This document shows positions 1 through 8,350 of a DNA stretch of 64,000 nucleotides, in pieces. Numbering within the stretch: the first letter of the stretch is position 1; each line of letters starts with the position of its first letter. Source of the stretch: an uncultured virus (IMG/VR IMGVR_UViG_3300033074_002160) (lineage: Duplodnaviria; Heunggongvirae; Uroviricota; Caudoviricetes); the IMG/VR virus record IMGVR_UViG_3300033074_002160; one strand, 5' to 3'. The position numbers and the translations under genes are program-made. The notes under the pieces are model-generated. The model was not told where the DNA came from. It did no database searches and worked only from the letters and a program-made list of their open reading frames with translations.

Positions 1-182
1 CGCGTCACCGTGACGTAGAGCGCCTTGGTGCGCGTGTCGTTCGAGACGATCTGCGTCTGCTCCCCCACCGCCAGCGAGACCTGCGACCGGCGGCCGAACG
101 GAGCGCGCAGCGGTCCGATGACCGCCGCGAGGTACATGCGTACCATCACGGAGTCTTCGAGGATGCTGCTGAGAACGCTCAC
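1..182 (-). CDS. Hypothetical structural-operon protein, truncated by window edge (MSVLSSILEDSVMVRMYLAAV...)
   Basis: GTG at 182 preceded by GGAGG; frame stays open to window edge. Confidence 0.65.
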   Translation of the reverse strand, partial: MSVLSSILEDSVMVRMYLAAVIGPLRAPFGRRSQVSLAVGEQTQIVSNDTRTKALYVTVT

Positions 183-200
183 GTCAGGCCTCCGTCAGGT

Positions 201-713
201 TCAGCGACCCTGCGGGCCGCACGCGATGTAGTCGCCCGTGATCACGATCTCCGCGATGCGCGGGGCGCCCACGAGAGCCACCCAGAGCGCCGCATCGACG
301 TTCCACGAGACCTCGAGGTCGGTGCCCGGCACCGTGATGTAGACGCCGTCCCACTCGTAGGGGACCGCGCTGCCGCCGTTCGTGACGCCCGAGAGCGTCA
401 CCGGGTTCTTGAAGATGTCGAAGTTGCGGCCCTGCTCACGCACGTTGAAGCGGATGAGGCCCGCCGCCCAGCCTGCGTTGACGGGGTCGAGGATCGCGCC
501 GTACACCGCGCGGATCGCGAGGGAGTAGCGGCTGATGATCGTGACCTTCGGGGACGAGGTCTGGATGATGCCGTTGCGGTCGATGACCGCGCGGAAGGTC
601 AGCGCCTCGGGCCGGACGTCCTCGGGACGAACCGCGCCAGACGCGATGTCGCCGTAGTAGGTGAGGAGCTCGCCGGGCGGGATCTGCGCCACCTTGATGC
701 TCTCTTGCGCCAT
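201..713 (-). CDS. Putative virion protein, beta-rich (possible minor capsid/penton, single jelly-roll-like)
   Basis: ATG 713 with AGGAGA SD; 170 aa with alternating hydrophobic beta pattern; directly downstream of candidate capsid gene. Confidence 0.55.
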   Translation of the reverse strand: MAQESIKVAQIPPGELLTYYGDIASGAVRPEDVRPEALTFRAVIDRNGIIQTSSPKVTIISRYSLAIRAVYGAILDPVNAGWAAGLIRFNVREQGRNFDIFKNPVTLSGVTNGGSAVPYEWDGVYITVPGTDLEVSWNVDAALWVALVGAPRIAEIVITGDYIACGPQGR

Positions 714-744
714 CTGGATTCTCCTGACAGGACCCACGCCCTGC

Positions 745-793
745 AAAACCAAAGAGGGGCATCCGGGCTCTGCTCGAGCACAGATGCCCCTCT
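745..793 (-). terminator. Rho-independent terminator after candidate major capsid gene
   Basis: Perfect 11-bp inverted repeat AGAGGGGCATC/GATGCCCCTCT followed on the minus strand by TTGGTTTTG. Confidence 0.75.
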
Positions 794-829
794 AGGATGG
801 GAACGAAGGGCGAGGGGCTCGCCCTCAGA

Positions 830-1519
830 TCACTTGCTGACGGCGGCGCGGATGAGGCCGTGCAGGAAGTTCACGACGAGGACGGCGGCGTCCTCGGCGG
901 GGCTCGTCTGCGCCTGCACGGTGACCGCGGGGGTGACCGCAGCAGTCGTGAAGACCGGGTTCTGCCCCTGGGTGAGCCACGGGCGGTCGTCGAAGCGCAG
1001 GCGCCCGAGGAGCTCGTGGTTCCCGTTCAGGAGCTGCTTCTTGAGCAGGCGGCTCGCCGACGCCGTCGCGGGCACGCCGATCGAGACGATGCCCTGGCCC
1101 GACTCCTGGGTGGAGCCGTAGAGGCCGTACCCGGAGGGGAACTTCACCGCGGGACCCTCGTCCTGCAGGAGTCCGTTGATCTCCAGGCGGTAGAACGCGT
1201 TGTCCATGATCGTCTTGATGTCCTGCGGCGCCGGGAAGGCGAGGCCGGTCGACGAACGGACGTAGAGGCCGATGCGATCGAGCACCATCGACTCGCCCGC
1301 GGAGAGCTTGCTCTGCGTGCGGAAGTTGGTGTCGGTCATCCGCTTGTTCTGGACCTCCTGGAAGAACAGGAACTCCGTGCCGGCGATGATCGAGCCCGTG
1401 GGGATCGCGATCGTGTCGTACTTGTCGCCTTCGCGGAAGTCGCGGATGTTGAAGATCTGGTTGGGGTCTTCCGAGTCGCGGAAGAGGCCGGGCTGGCCGG
1501 CGATGGGCTCGAACGCCAT
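830..1519 (-). CDS. Candidate major capsid protein (single jelly-roll-like, 229 aa)
   Basis: Strong SD (GGAGA), highly biased codons, own structured 5' UTR and terminator; beta-rich with YDT..FLFF..DTNF...KL...LDRIGL pattern; fold is inferred. Confidence 0.5.
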   Translation of the reverse strand: MAFEPIAGQPGLFRDSEDPNQIFNIRDFREGDKYDTIAIPTGSIIAGTEFLFFQEVQNKRMTDTNFRTQSKLSAGESMVLDRIGLYVRSSTGLAFPAPQDIKTIMDNAFYRLEINGLLQDEGPAVKFPSGYGLYGSTQESGQGIVSIGVPATASASRLLKKQLLNGNHELLGRLRFDDRPWLTQGQNPVFTTAAVTPAVTVQAQTSPAEDAAVLVVNFLHGLIRAAVSK

Positions 1520-1542
1520 TTCTGTTCTCCAGTCGTGTGGTG

Positions 1543-1622
1543 TCTTGGGCTTCGGTCAACACCGCTCGCCGGAACCGCCCGGTCGAACGCGCTGAATCGG
1601 TTTCTCAGGCAGAAGCCCGAGA
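1543..1622 (-). promoter_or_regulatory. Structured 5' UTR upstream of candidate capsid gene
   Basis: Outer stem TCTCGGGCTTC/GAAGCCCAAGA (10 of 11 pairs) enclosing a ~17-bp inner hairpin with G-U pairs, ending just before the SD. Confidence 0.5.
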
Positions 1623-1630
1623 GGGGTTGA

Positions 1631-2170
1631 TCACGAGAGGTAGGGCATGTACGCCCCGAGCTCCGTGGTGGTGACGCCGGGCGCCGAGAGCATCGCGCTC
1701 TGCGCGACGGTGCCGCTCAGGTCGCCGCGCCACGAGGGCGCTGCGGTCGAGACGGCCGCCTCGAGCATCGCGAGGTCCGCGCCCGAGAGGTGGCCGCCCG
1801 AGAGCTGCGTGCGCACGGTCGCGGGCTGCGCCGGGTCGTTCACGAAGCTCGCGATGAGGTCCGCGAAGCCGAGGCCCGCGACGCCGCCGACGAAGCCCAT
1901 GGCCGCGTCACGGTTGCGGTCGTACATGACCCGCCCGCCGAGCACGCCCGCGACGACCGCGAGGCCGCTCTTGACGCGCCGCCAGGTCATCGGGTCGGTG
2001 ATCGCCTCGGGCTGGTCGATCTTGTTGAGCAGCGTCGAGACCAGGAGGATGCCCACGCCGCCGCTCGCGCCGGCCATGAGGTGCGCCTTGATCATCTCCG
2101 GGGACAGGTAGGCCCCGAGGTCGTAGCTGCTGTCGTACATCTCGAGCCCCATCATGTCGTAGTCGCTCAT
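1631..2170 (-). CDS. Putative virion membrane protein with Gly-rich hydrophobic helices
   Basis: ATG 2170 with AGGAGA SD; three Gly/Ala-rich hydrophobic segments; repeated LG/LSG motifs; immediately upstream of candidate capsid gene. Confidence 0.65.
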   Translation of the reverse strand: MSDYDMMGLEMYDSSYDLGAYLSPEMIKAHLMAGASGGVGILLVSTLLNKIDQPEAITDPMTWRRVKSGLAVVAGVLGGRVMYDRNRDAAMGFVGGVAGLGFADLIASFVNDPAQPATVRTQLSGGHLSGADLAMLEAAVSTAAPSWRGDLSGTVAQSAMLSAPGVTTTELGAYMPYLS

Positions 2171-2203
2171 GGTCGGTTTCTCCTGCCCAGTGGGCACTTG
2201 TTG

Positions 2204-2233
2204 TTTCTATTGCGAACTGGCACGCAGGGTCAA
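2204..2233 (-). promoter_or_regulatory. Putative sigma70-type promoter for the membrane protein/capsid pair
   Basis: TTGACC-N18-TAGAAA in an AT-rich intergenic gap. Confidence 0.4.
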
Positions 2234-2294
2234 TCGAAGTCGCGTGCGTGGATCTAGATTTTGTATGCCTTTTGAAGGCGTTTGTGCCGGTAAA

Positions 2295-3254
2295 TCAGGG
2301 CGTGCCGGTGTCGAGGCGTCGGATCTGGAACTTCGTGACGTCGATGGACTCGGCTGTTGCCCCTACGCCAGAGTCGCTGAACACGAAGATTCCGACCTTG
2401 TCGAAGCTGAGTCCGTCGAGCGACGTCAGCAGCGGGTTGGTCACCTGCGAGCAGGCCGAACTGACCATGCTCCCGTCGGAGTAGACGGTGACGCGCATGG
2501 TCCACTGCGCGGGGGTCTGCGCGTCCTTGCGACGGACCTCGACGACGTACCTGAAGCTGCTCCGCTGGAAGAGCGCTGCGGTCGGTGCCGCGGTCGAGGA
2601 CGAGAACCCCTGCGTCAGCGCGACCGGTCGCGTGTACACGGTCGTCGCGAGGCTCAGCATGTAACTGAAGAGGTTGGACGCGCTCAGGCGCTGCCCGAAC
2701 ATGATGCCCCTCGGCGTCACCTGCCCGCCAGGGCTGTAGGTGTTCATCAGTGGGAGCACGCCAGAGATCCACGCGCCGATGCCGGCGATCTCCACGTCGA
2801 GGATGTACCCCTCGGCCGGGAGCGTGATTCCGTGAAGCACCTCGACAGCCCATCCGCCGTTGATCGTGCCGGCCATGCGGATCGCCGATCGCCCGGCCAT
2901 CGAAGCGGACGCGACCGACGAGAGCACGACCGCACCCGTAGGAGATGCAGGTAGATCCCCTGTGGCGCGGAAGAAGCTCGGCGTGCCGAGCTGCGTCGTC
3001 CCCGTCGTGTCCAGCGTGAACAGCACCGGGCTCGCGCCGGTGAGCGCCCAGGTCGCGTCCTTGACGCCAGCGGTCCCCGCGCTCGTGCAGTGCGCCGGTC
3101 CCGAGCCCGTGATGTAGGCAGTGTCGCCGACCTCGAGCACTCCGTCGGTCTTGTTGAGCGCGACCGCGGTGCTGATGGCCTTGGGGCACGCTGCGAGCGA
3201 GGCGTAGTTGCCCCAGTCTCTCTGGTTGCGACCGAGCGGATTGCGGAGGCTCAT
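2295..3254 (-). CDS. Putative spike/fibre protein (beta-sandwich C-terminus)
   Basis: ATG 3254 overlaps upstream stop; Gly/Thr/Ser-rich beta composition; lies in structural operon. Confidence 0.5.
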   Translation of the reverse strand: MSLRNPLGRNQRDWGNYASLAACPKAISTAVALNKTDGVLEVGDTAYITGSGPAHCTSAGTAGVKDATWALTGASPVLFTLDTTGTTQLGTPSFFRATGDLPASPTGAVVLSSVASASMAGRSAIRMAGTINGGWAVEVLHGITLPAEGYILDVEIAGIGAWISGVLPLMNTYSPGGQVTPRGIMFGQRLSASNLFSYMLSLATTVYTRPVALTQGFSSSTAAPTAALFQRSSFRYVVEVRRKDAQTPAQWTMRVTVYSDGSMVSSACSQVTNPLLTSLDGLSFDKVGIFVFSDSGVGATAESIDVTKFQIRRLDTGTP

Positions 3255-4489
3255 ACGTTCCCCACTGCCTGCGTCGTCGTGCCGCCGTCGACGAGACCGA
3301 CGCCAGCGCCGGTGATCTCGAAGGAGTTGAGCGAGACGTTGTTGTCCACGCTGGTGGCGTTGAAGATCTCTACCGAGCAGGCCCCCGCGGTGCCGTCGTC
3401 GTTGACGAAGTGGTTGCCCGCGACCGTGTTTCGATCGCAGGCGAGAGCCGAGCCGCTCGTGCCGATCTCCATCACGGCCCCGCCGACATGCGGCCAGTCG
3501 AACGTGGAGCCCATGATGATCGCGTGGCCTCCATCGGCCTGAGACTGGATGCGCACGCACGGCTCGGTCGCGTCGAAAGACTTGAACCGAGACGTCGACA
3601 CTTCGACGTTCGTGGCCTTCTTCGAGAGCAGGTCGAGAGCGATGGCCCCGCCGTCTCCAGCGATGCCGAGCGCGCCGAAGACGGTCGCGCGAGACAGGGC
3701 CGATGTCTGGTGCAAGTAGCGTCGCGTGAAGCCGCTGCCGGTGACGGTGTTGAGCGTCAGCAGACGAGCGAGCCCAAGCACAGCGACGGCGTCGAAGCCG
3801 GTCGTTGTGCAGTTGTTGAGCGAGATCTCGTGCGCGGTCACCTGCTCGATGCCGATGAACCGAAGCCAGTCTGCCTCGACGGCGCCGAGGCGCATGCCCG
3901 TGGCGCCAGCGGTGATGTTCTCGATGTAGGTGCGGTTGCGGTTCTCGATGCGGATCGCGTGCGTGACGATCGTCGTCGCGTCAGCGAGCAGGTCGATGTC
4001 CAGGTTGCGCAGGAGGATCTCACCTGGGGCGCCTGCGTCATCCAACAGGCTGATCACGCCGAGGTTGACACCGGACACTGCGCCTGTGGGCACAGGCACG
4101 GAGAGCCCGAGATCCTGGATGCTCGACCCGCCGCCGAAGACCTCGAAGATGCTCTGCTCGCCCTCGAGGCGTCCTTGGATGATCGTGGCGTGCTGCCCGT
4201 CGCCGACGATCGACACGCCTCCGGCCAAGCTGTACGCGACGGCAGGGCTCGTCGGCTGGTTGAGGTCGTACACGCCGCGCCGGGCGTGGATGACCCCGGT
4301 GAGCCCAAGACCCGAGAGAGCCGTGACGGCTGCAGCGATGCCAGCTCCATCGCCGATGTCGGGGATGTACCGGAATCCGCCGTAGTTGTACGGAACCGCC
4401 GAGTCGCCCTCGGGGACGTTGCCCACGATGATCGTCGGGGCGAAGCGATCGGTGCCTCCGCCGCTGCAGTTCCCTGTTCGGATCGTCAC
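3251..4489 (-). CDS. Pectin-lyase-like parallel beta-helix protein (spike / polysaccharide-binding or depolymerase)
   Basis: DGAGIAAAV...GVIHARRGVY...VSIVGDGQHATII N-cap motif and repeated I.NN/..GN.F rungs. Confidence 0.7.
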   Translation of the reverse strand: MTIRTGNCSGGGTDRFAPTIIVGNVPEGDSAVPYNYGGFRYIPDIGDGAGIAAAVTALSGLGLTGVIHARRGVYDLNQPTSPAVAYSLAGGVSIVGDGQHATIIQGRLEGEQSIFEVFGGGSSIQDLGLSVPVPTGAVSGVNLGVISLLDDAGAPGEILLRNLDIDLLADATTIVTHAIRIENRNRTYIENITAGATGMRLGAVEADWLRFIGIEQVTAHEISLNNCTTTGFDAVAVLGLARLLTLNTVTGSGFTRRYLHQTSALSRATVFGALGIAGDGGAIALDLLSKKATNVEVSTSRFKSFDATEPCVRIQSQADGGHAIIMGSTFDWPHVGGAVMEIGTSGSALACDRNTVAGNHFVNDDGTAGACSVEIFNATSVDNNVSLNSFEITGAGVGLVDGGTTTQAVGNV

Positions 4490-4956
4490 GGAACCACCCG
4501 CGCGGTGATGCTGAAGTCCTGGCTCAGCGCGATGGCCGTGTAGAGCAGCGGCGTCGAGCTCAGCGCGACCCAGAGCCCGTTGGCGACCACGAGGTTGCCT
4601 GCGGTCCAGTCGTAGGCCGCCGTGCCGCAGAGCGGCAGCGCAGAGAGCAGCGGTTGCGTGGTGCCCGAGACCGGGGCGGCGAGCGAGTCGAACACCTGCA
4701 GGTAGATGGTCGAGGGTACGGGAGTCGCGCGCAGGTCCACGGCGAACACCTCGACGACTTGCCCCGCGCCTGAGAGGGCCTGCAGCGTCGGAACTGCAGG
4801 AGCCTGCGCGGGGTTGTTCTTGCGGATCGTCGCGTCGACGGCTGCTGCCTTGACGAACAGCGCATCCGCGTCGCCCGAGAGCGCGTAGAACTTGCCGTCG
4901 ACCGTGACGTAGGCCGGGATCGCGCCGACGCCCAGGCGGTTGTCAGATGCTGCCAC
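4486..4956 (-). CDS. Putative virion protein (156 aa)
   Basis: Coupled ORF in structural operon; beta-rich (IYLQVFDS, GLWVALSST). Confidence 0.55.
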   Translation of the reverse strand: MAASDNRLGVGAIPAYVTVDGKFYALSGDADALFVKAAAVDATIRKNNPAQAPAVPTLQALSGAGQVVEVFAVDLRATPVPSTIYLQVFDSLAAPVSGTTQPLLSALPLCGTAAYDWTAGNLVVANGLWVALSSTPLLYTAIALSQDFSITARVVP

Positions 4957-4977
4957 GAGCTGCTCCGATCAGGGCGA

Positions 4978-5409
4978 TCAGGGGACGCCGTAGGTGAACG
5001 TGAAGACGAGGATGTTCGTTCCGGCGCCGCTCGCCACGATCGTAGCGAGCGCGAGCGCCGTTCCGACGTTGGACGTCACCACACCGGGTGCGAACACGGT
5101 GGTCACCTCGGGCGAGAAGACACCCGAGACCTGCCACTTGGCGGTCCAGTTGCCGCCGGGCGCGATCGGCAGTGCGATGGTGAGTGTCGAAGTCTCTGCG
5201 GCGTCCGACGTGATCGAGACCATCCCGGTCACCGTGATGAGGGTCTGCGCCCCGTCGGTGATGGTCGAGTAGAACCACTGGTTCGTCCCGATGTTCGTCG
5301 ACCACCCAGCGGCGCTGAGCACGAGCGCCGGGACGTAGAGACCGAACCCGGCGAGCGGCACGGTGGCCGGCGTCGCCGTGGGGAAGTGGGTGATGTGCAT
5401 GTGCGCCAT
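4978..5409 (-). CDS. Putative virion protein (Thr/Val-rich, fibre-head-like)
   Basis: ATG 5409 with AGGA SD; LTIALPIAP and terminal FTFTY pattern typical of fibre-head beta domains. Confidence 0.5.
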   Translation of the reverse strand: MAHMHITHFPTATPATVPLAGFGLYVPALVLSAAGWSTNIGTNQWFYSTITDGAQTLITVTGMVSITSDAAETSTLTIALPIAPGGNWTAKWQVSGVFSPEVTTVFAPGVVTSNVGTALALATIVASGAGTNILVFTFTYGVP

Positions 5410-5440
5410 GGTCTGTTCCTGTTCCTCGCCGCCGTGCGGC

Positions 5441-6184
5441 TCACATGCCGTGCGGCATGAGCGACCCACCGCGCGACAGCATGAACGCCTGTCGCACCTC
5501 GAGCGGGTCCATCATCGACACCGTCGTCTCCCAGCCTCGATCGCCCGTCGCCGCGCGGACGATGCCGCCCGGATCGACGTAGACGACCGGGATGACCTTG
5601 TCGCTCGCGAGCGGGTGCCGCGTCGGCACCTCCCCGAGGACCACGCGCATCTGCTTCGTGCGCGTCGAGAGCACCTGCGCGGCGGCCACGGCAGCTCGGT
5701 AGGTGAGCCCGGCCCGCTCGCGCACGAGGCGGTCGGGTGGCGTCACCACGAAGCGGTGATCCCACAGCGGCAGGACGCAGCCGTCGGGCAGCACGCGGGC
5801 GAGCCCTTGCTCCGTCACCACGGCCACCGGCTGCCAGTCGCCCTCGACCTCGCGGCGCACCGCGTCGGGCCAGGGCTTGTTCGGTCCGAGCCGGCGCGAG
5901 AGCCCCTCGAGCGCTCCTGCGTCCGGGCCGAGGCACGTCGGGCACCCGCCGCCGGCCCGCTGCCCGCAGCGAACGCCCGAGCTCTTGAGCACCCAGCACG
6001 GGCCCATCTGCAGCGCGCACGTCTCGGTGGCCTCCTGCAGCGCTTTGGCCCAGGAGGTGTACTTCTTCAGGAAGCCTGGCACCGGGAACGGCCGCGGAGA
6101 GATCGCGATGGTGTCGCCCGCACAGCCCCAGTCCGAGGTGCTGTAGCTGCCGTCGGAGTATGCGAGGAGCTCTTCGTCGGTCAT
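5441..6184 (-). CDS. Hypothetical protein (247 aa)
   Basis: GC3-biased frame from ATG 6184 with GAGG upstream. Confidence 0.6.
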   Translation of the reverse strand: MTDEELLAYSDGSYSTSDWGCAGDTIAISPRPFPVPGFLKKYTSWAKALQEATETCALQMGPCWVLKSSGVRCGQRAGGGCPTCLGPDAGALEGLSRRLGPNKPWPDAVRREVEGDWQPVAVVTEQGLARVLPDGCVLPLWDHRFVVTPPDRLVRERAGLTYRAAVAAAQVLSTRTKQMRVVLGEVPTRHPLASDKVIPVVYVDPGGIVRAATGDRGWETTVSMMDPLEVRQAFMLSRGGSLMPHGM

Positions 6185-6276
6185 GGGGCCTCGGGCCGGA
6201 AAAGGTTCCCCGTCTCTCCGGGGTGTCACGCGGTTGGAGGGCGACGCTGCGTTGGCGGCGGGCGAACCCGCAGATC

Positions 6277-6657
6277 TCAGGTGATGATCTTCTGCGCCAC
6301 GCCCGAGGCGATGGCGGCAGCGGCCTTGAAGCCCTGCGCGACGGCCTTGCGGAGCTGCAGCCCCTTCGAGGCCTGTCCGACGCTGATGATCTTCCTCGCG
6401 CCCTCGCACTTGCGGTGCAGGAGCACGGGGGTGGTGGCGCCGGGCTGCATCTTCTCGACGCCAGCGAGGTCCCGCTTCTCGGGCTCGAACGGCTCGCCGC
6501 ACGCCCAGCAGACGTGCTCGAGCATCCCGCCGCCGTCGCGAGCCATCGCCACGACCACGAGGTGGCCGCCGAACGGCGACACGATCGTGTCCATGTCGTC
6601 GAGGAAGTTGGAGCCGCGGGCCTTCAGGACGTCTTCGGGCGTGATCTGGACGTGCAT
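6277..6657 (-). CDS. Hypothetical protein with CxxC...HxxC zinc-binding motif
   Basis: CWAC and HRKC; GAGGTG SD. Confidence 0.6.
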   Translation of the reverse strand: MHVQITPEDVLKARGSNFLDDMDTIVSPFGGHLVVVAMARDGGGMLEHVCWACGEPFEPEKRDLAGVEKMQPGATTPVLLHRKCEGARKIISVGQASKGLQLRKAVAQGFKAAAAIASGVAQKIIT

Positions 6658-6661
6658 CTCA

Positions 6662-7024
6662 TCACCTCGTGAAGAAGCCGAAGGCCTTGATGGTGTCCGC
6701 GACCGTGTTCGTCACGTTGCGGACCGTGATCGAAGCCTGCGCCAGCGAGGCCGTGGGCGAGGCGAAGAGCGGCTGCGTCGCGAGGACCGCCTCGGTCGAG
6801 CTCGCCGCGATCGAGAGCAGCAGGGATGTGCCCAGGACGTCGACCTCGACGACCTGCGCGGCGGTGTGGTTGTTGGTGACGTACAGCGTCACCTCGTCGA
6901 GGAAGTTCGTCGGCGAACTTCGATCCACGACGTGAACGGTGGTCGCGACATCGGAGACGTCCACCGGCGAGGTGATTCCCGTCTGCGTGTCGGTCATGGC
7001 GGAGAGGGGTCGCTTCTGACTCAT
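6662..7024 (-). CDS. Small beta-sandwich virion protein candidate (120 aa)
   Basis: AGGAG SD; DEVTLYVTN...IKAFGF beta pattern. Confidence 0.55.
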   Translation of the reverse strand: MSQKRPLSAMTDTQTGITSPVDVSDVATTVHVVDRSSPTNFLDEVTLYVTNNHTAAQVVEVDVLGTSLLLSIAASSTEAVLATQPLFASPTASLAQASITVRNVTNTVADTIKAFGFFTR

Positions 7025-7036
7025 GGTGCTCCTGGA

Positions 7037-7591
7037 TCAGCGGCTCGAGGTCTGGCGGACCTCGATGAGGAGGTCGACGTCGGGCCCCTCCTGGTAGTTC
7101 CACTGCGTGAAGTTGAAGACCATCGGCAGGATCAGCACCGGCAGTCCGGTGTTCGTGCCGAGGCCCGAGTCCACACCGTCGAGAACGATGAAGGCGTTCT
7201 CGTCCTCCACTGCCGTGAACCACGCCGCGTCGTTCGGGGTCAGCGGGCGGATCGTGACGTAGAGGTTGTGGACCCAGGTGCGGTTCGAGACGTTCGCGTC
7301 CGTCGCCGTGGTGACGTTCGCGATCGCCCCGTAGCCCGGGGTCCGAGGCGCGGTGCCCGCGGGCTGCCCGTCGTCGTAGACGAACTGTGGCAGCGTGGTC
7401 GTCGGGTCGAGCGGGTCCGTGGCATCGGCGAGCAGGAACCGCACGCCCATGGCCACGCCGCTCACGACGTTCGCTGGCACCTCGCCGTTCGCGATCGGGT
7501 AGGTCCCGAAGTTGTCGGCGCTCAGCTCCAGCTTCCCGCGGAAGCGTAGGACTTGCGTCGACCCCGCCGGGCGGAAGGGCTGGAGCGCCAT
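7037..7591 (-). CDS. Putative virion protein, paralogue B of tandem pair
   Basis: ATG 7591; shares GVRFLLADATDP.D..TTLP..V.DD.QPAG and SGLG..TGLPV.I.PM.F with 7594-8169. Confidence 0.7.
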   Translation of the reverse strand: MALQPFRPAGSTQVLRFRGKLELSADNFGTYPIANGEVPANVVSGVAMGVRFLLADATDPLDPTTTLPQFVYDDGQPAGTAPRTPGYGAIANVTTATDANVSNRTWVHNLYVTIRPLTPNDAAWFTAVEDENAFIVLDGVDSGLGTNTGLPVLILPMVFNFTQWNYQEGPDVDLLIEVRQTSSR

Positions 7592-7593
7592 GA

Positions 7594-8169
7594 TCAGCGC
7601 ACCGCGGTGTGGCGGACGGTGATCTCGACGCGGACGGTGATCGGGTTCGCGCCCCAGGCCGCGGCGGCCTGCCCGAAGGTCATCGGGATGATCACGACCG
7701 GCAGGCCCGTGCTCAGGCCGAGGCCCGAGGTCGCGCCCTCGTCGAGGACGACCACGATGCCCGCGTAGTCGATGTCGGTGATGAGCGCCTGGTCGGTCGC
7801 GTTGGCGGCCGTGACGCGCACGTCGAGGTTCTTCGTCCAGGTCGCGCCCATCACGAGGTCGGTCGCGAGGTAGACGTTCGCGAGGCCTGCCGTGACGGCG
7901 GGCGCGTGCGGCGAGGCGCCCGCGGGCTGCGCGTCGTCGAAGACGTACGCCGGTAGGGTCGTCGCCTTGTCGGTCGGGTCGGTCGCGTCGGCGAGCAGGA
8001 AGCGGACGCCGGTCTTGGTCGCCGCCGCCACGTCCGAGCCCACGACCGCGTTGCGCGTCGCGGCGGCGCCGGTCGGGATCGCGCCCATGACGGCGGTGCC
8101 CAGCACGAGGTCGCCCGTGAACAGGAGGGTGTGGGAACTGCCGATGGGGCGCGTGGGTTCGATCGCCAT
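7594..8169 (-). CDS. Putative virion protein, paralogue A of tandem pair
   Basis: ATG 8169 with AGGAGA SD; first gene of leftward structural operon; clear similarity to 7037-7591. Confidence 0.7.
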   Translation of the reverse strand: MAIEPTRPIGSSHTLLFTGDLVLGTAVMGAIPTGAAATRNAVVGSDVAAATKTGVRFLLADATDPTDKATTLPAYVFDDAQPAGASPHAPAVTAGLANVYLATDLVMGATWTKNLDVRVTAANATDQALITDIDYAGIVVVLDEGATSGLGLSTGLPVVIIPMTFGQAAAAWGANPITVRVEITVRHTAVR

Positions 8170-8350
8170 GAAGTCTTCTCCTGAGAGGATGTCGAGTGGG
8201 TCTCTTCGGACCGTGCCAGTTGGGACTACCACCGTTTCTCCCTCGACAGCAAGGCCATGAACCTCTACTTTCCAAGAACGCAGTCTACAAGCGTCTTACG
8301 GACGAACTACAACTGTCGTACAGGCGTATTACACCCCACGAGAGGTCCAG

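Noticed and set aside
1543..1622. Hammerhead ribozyme (CUGA and GAAA present)
   Set aside because: Lacks CUGANGA spacing and a stem II between CUGA and GAAA
2216..2235. Sigma54 promoter (TGGCAC)
   Set aside because: No TTGC at -12 and it points against the local genes
8170..8350. dif-like or tRNA-derived att core beside the recombinase
   Set aside because: No convincing 11-6-11 palindrome or tRNA 3' end by eye; kept only as a candidate region
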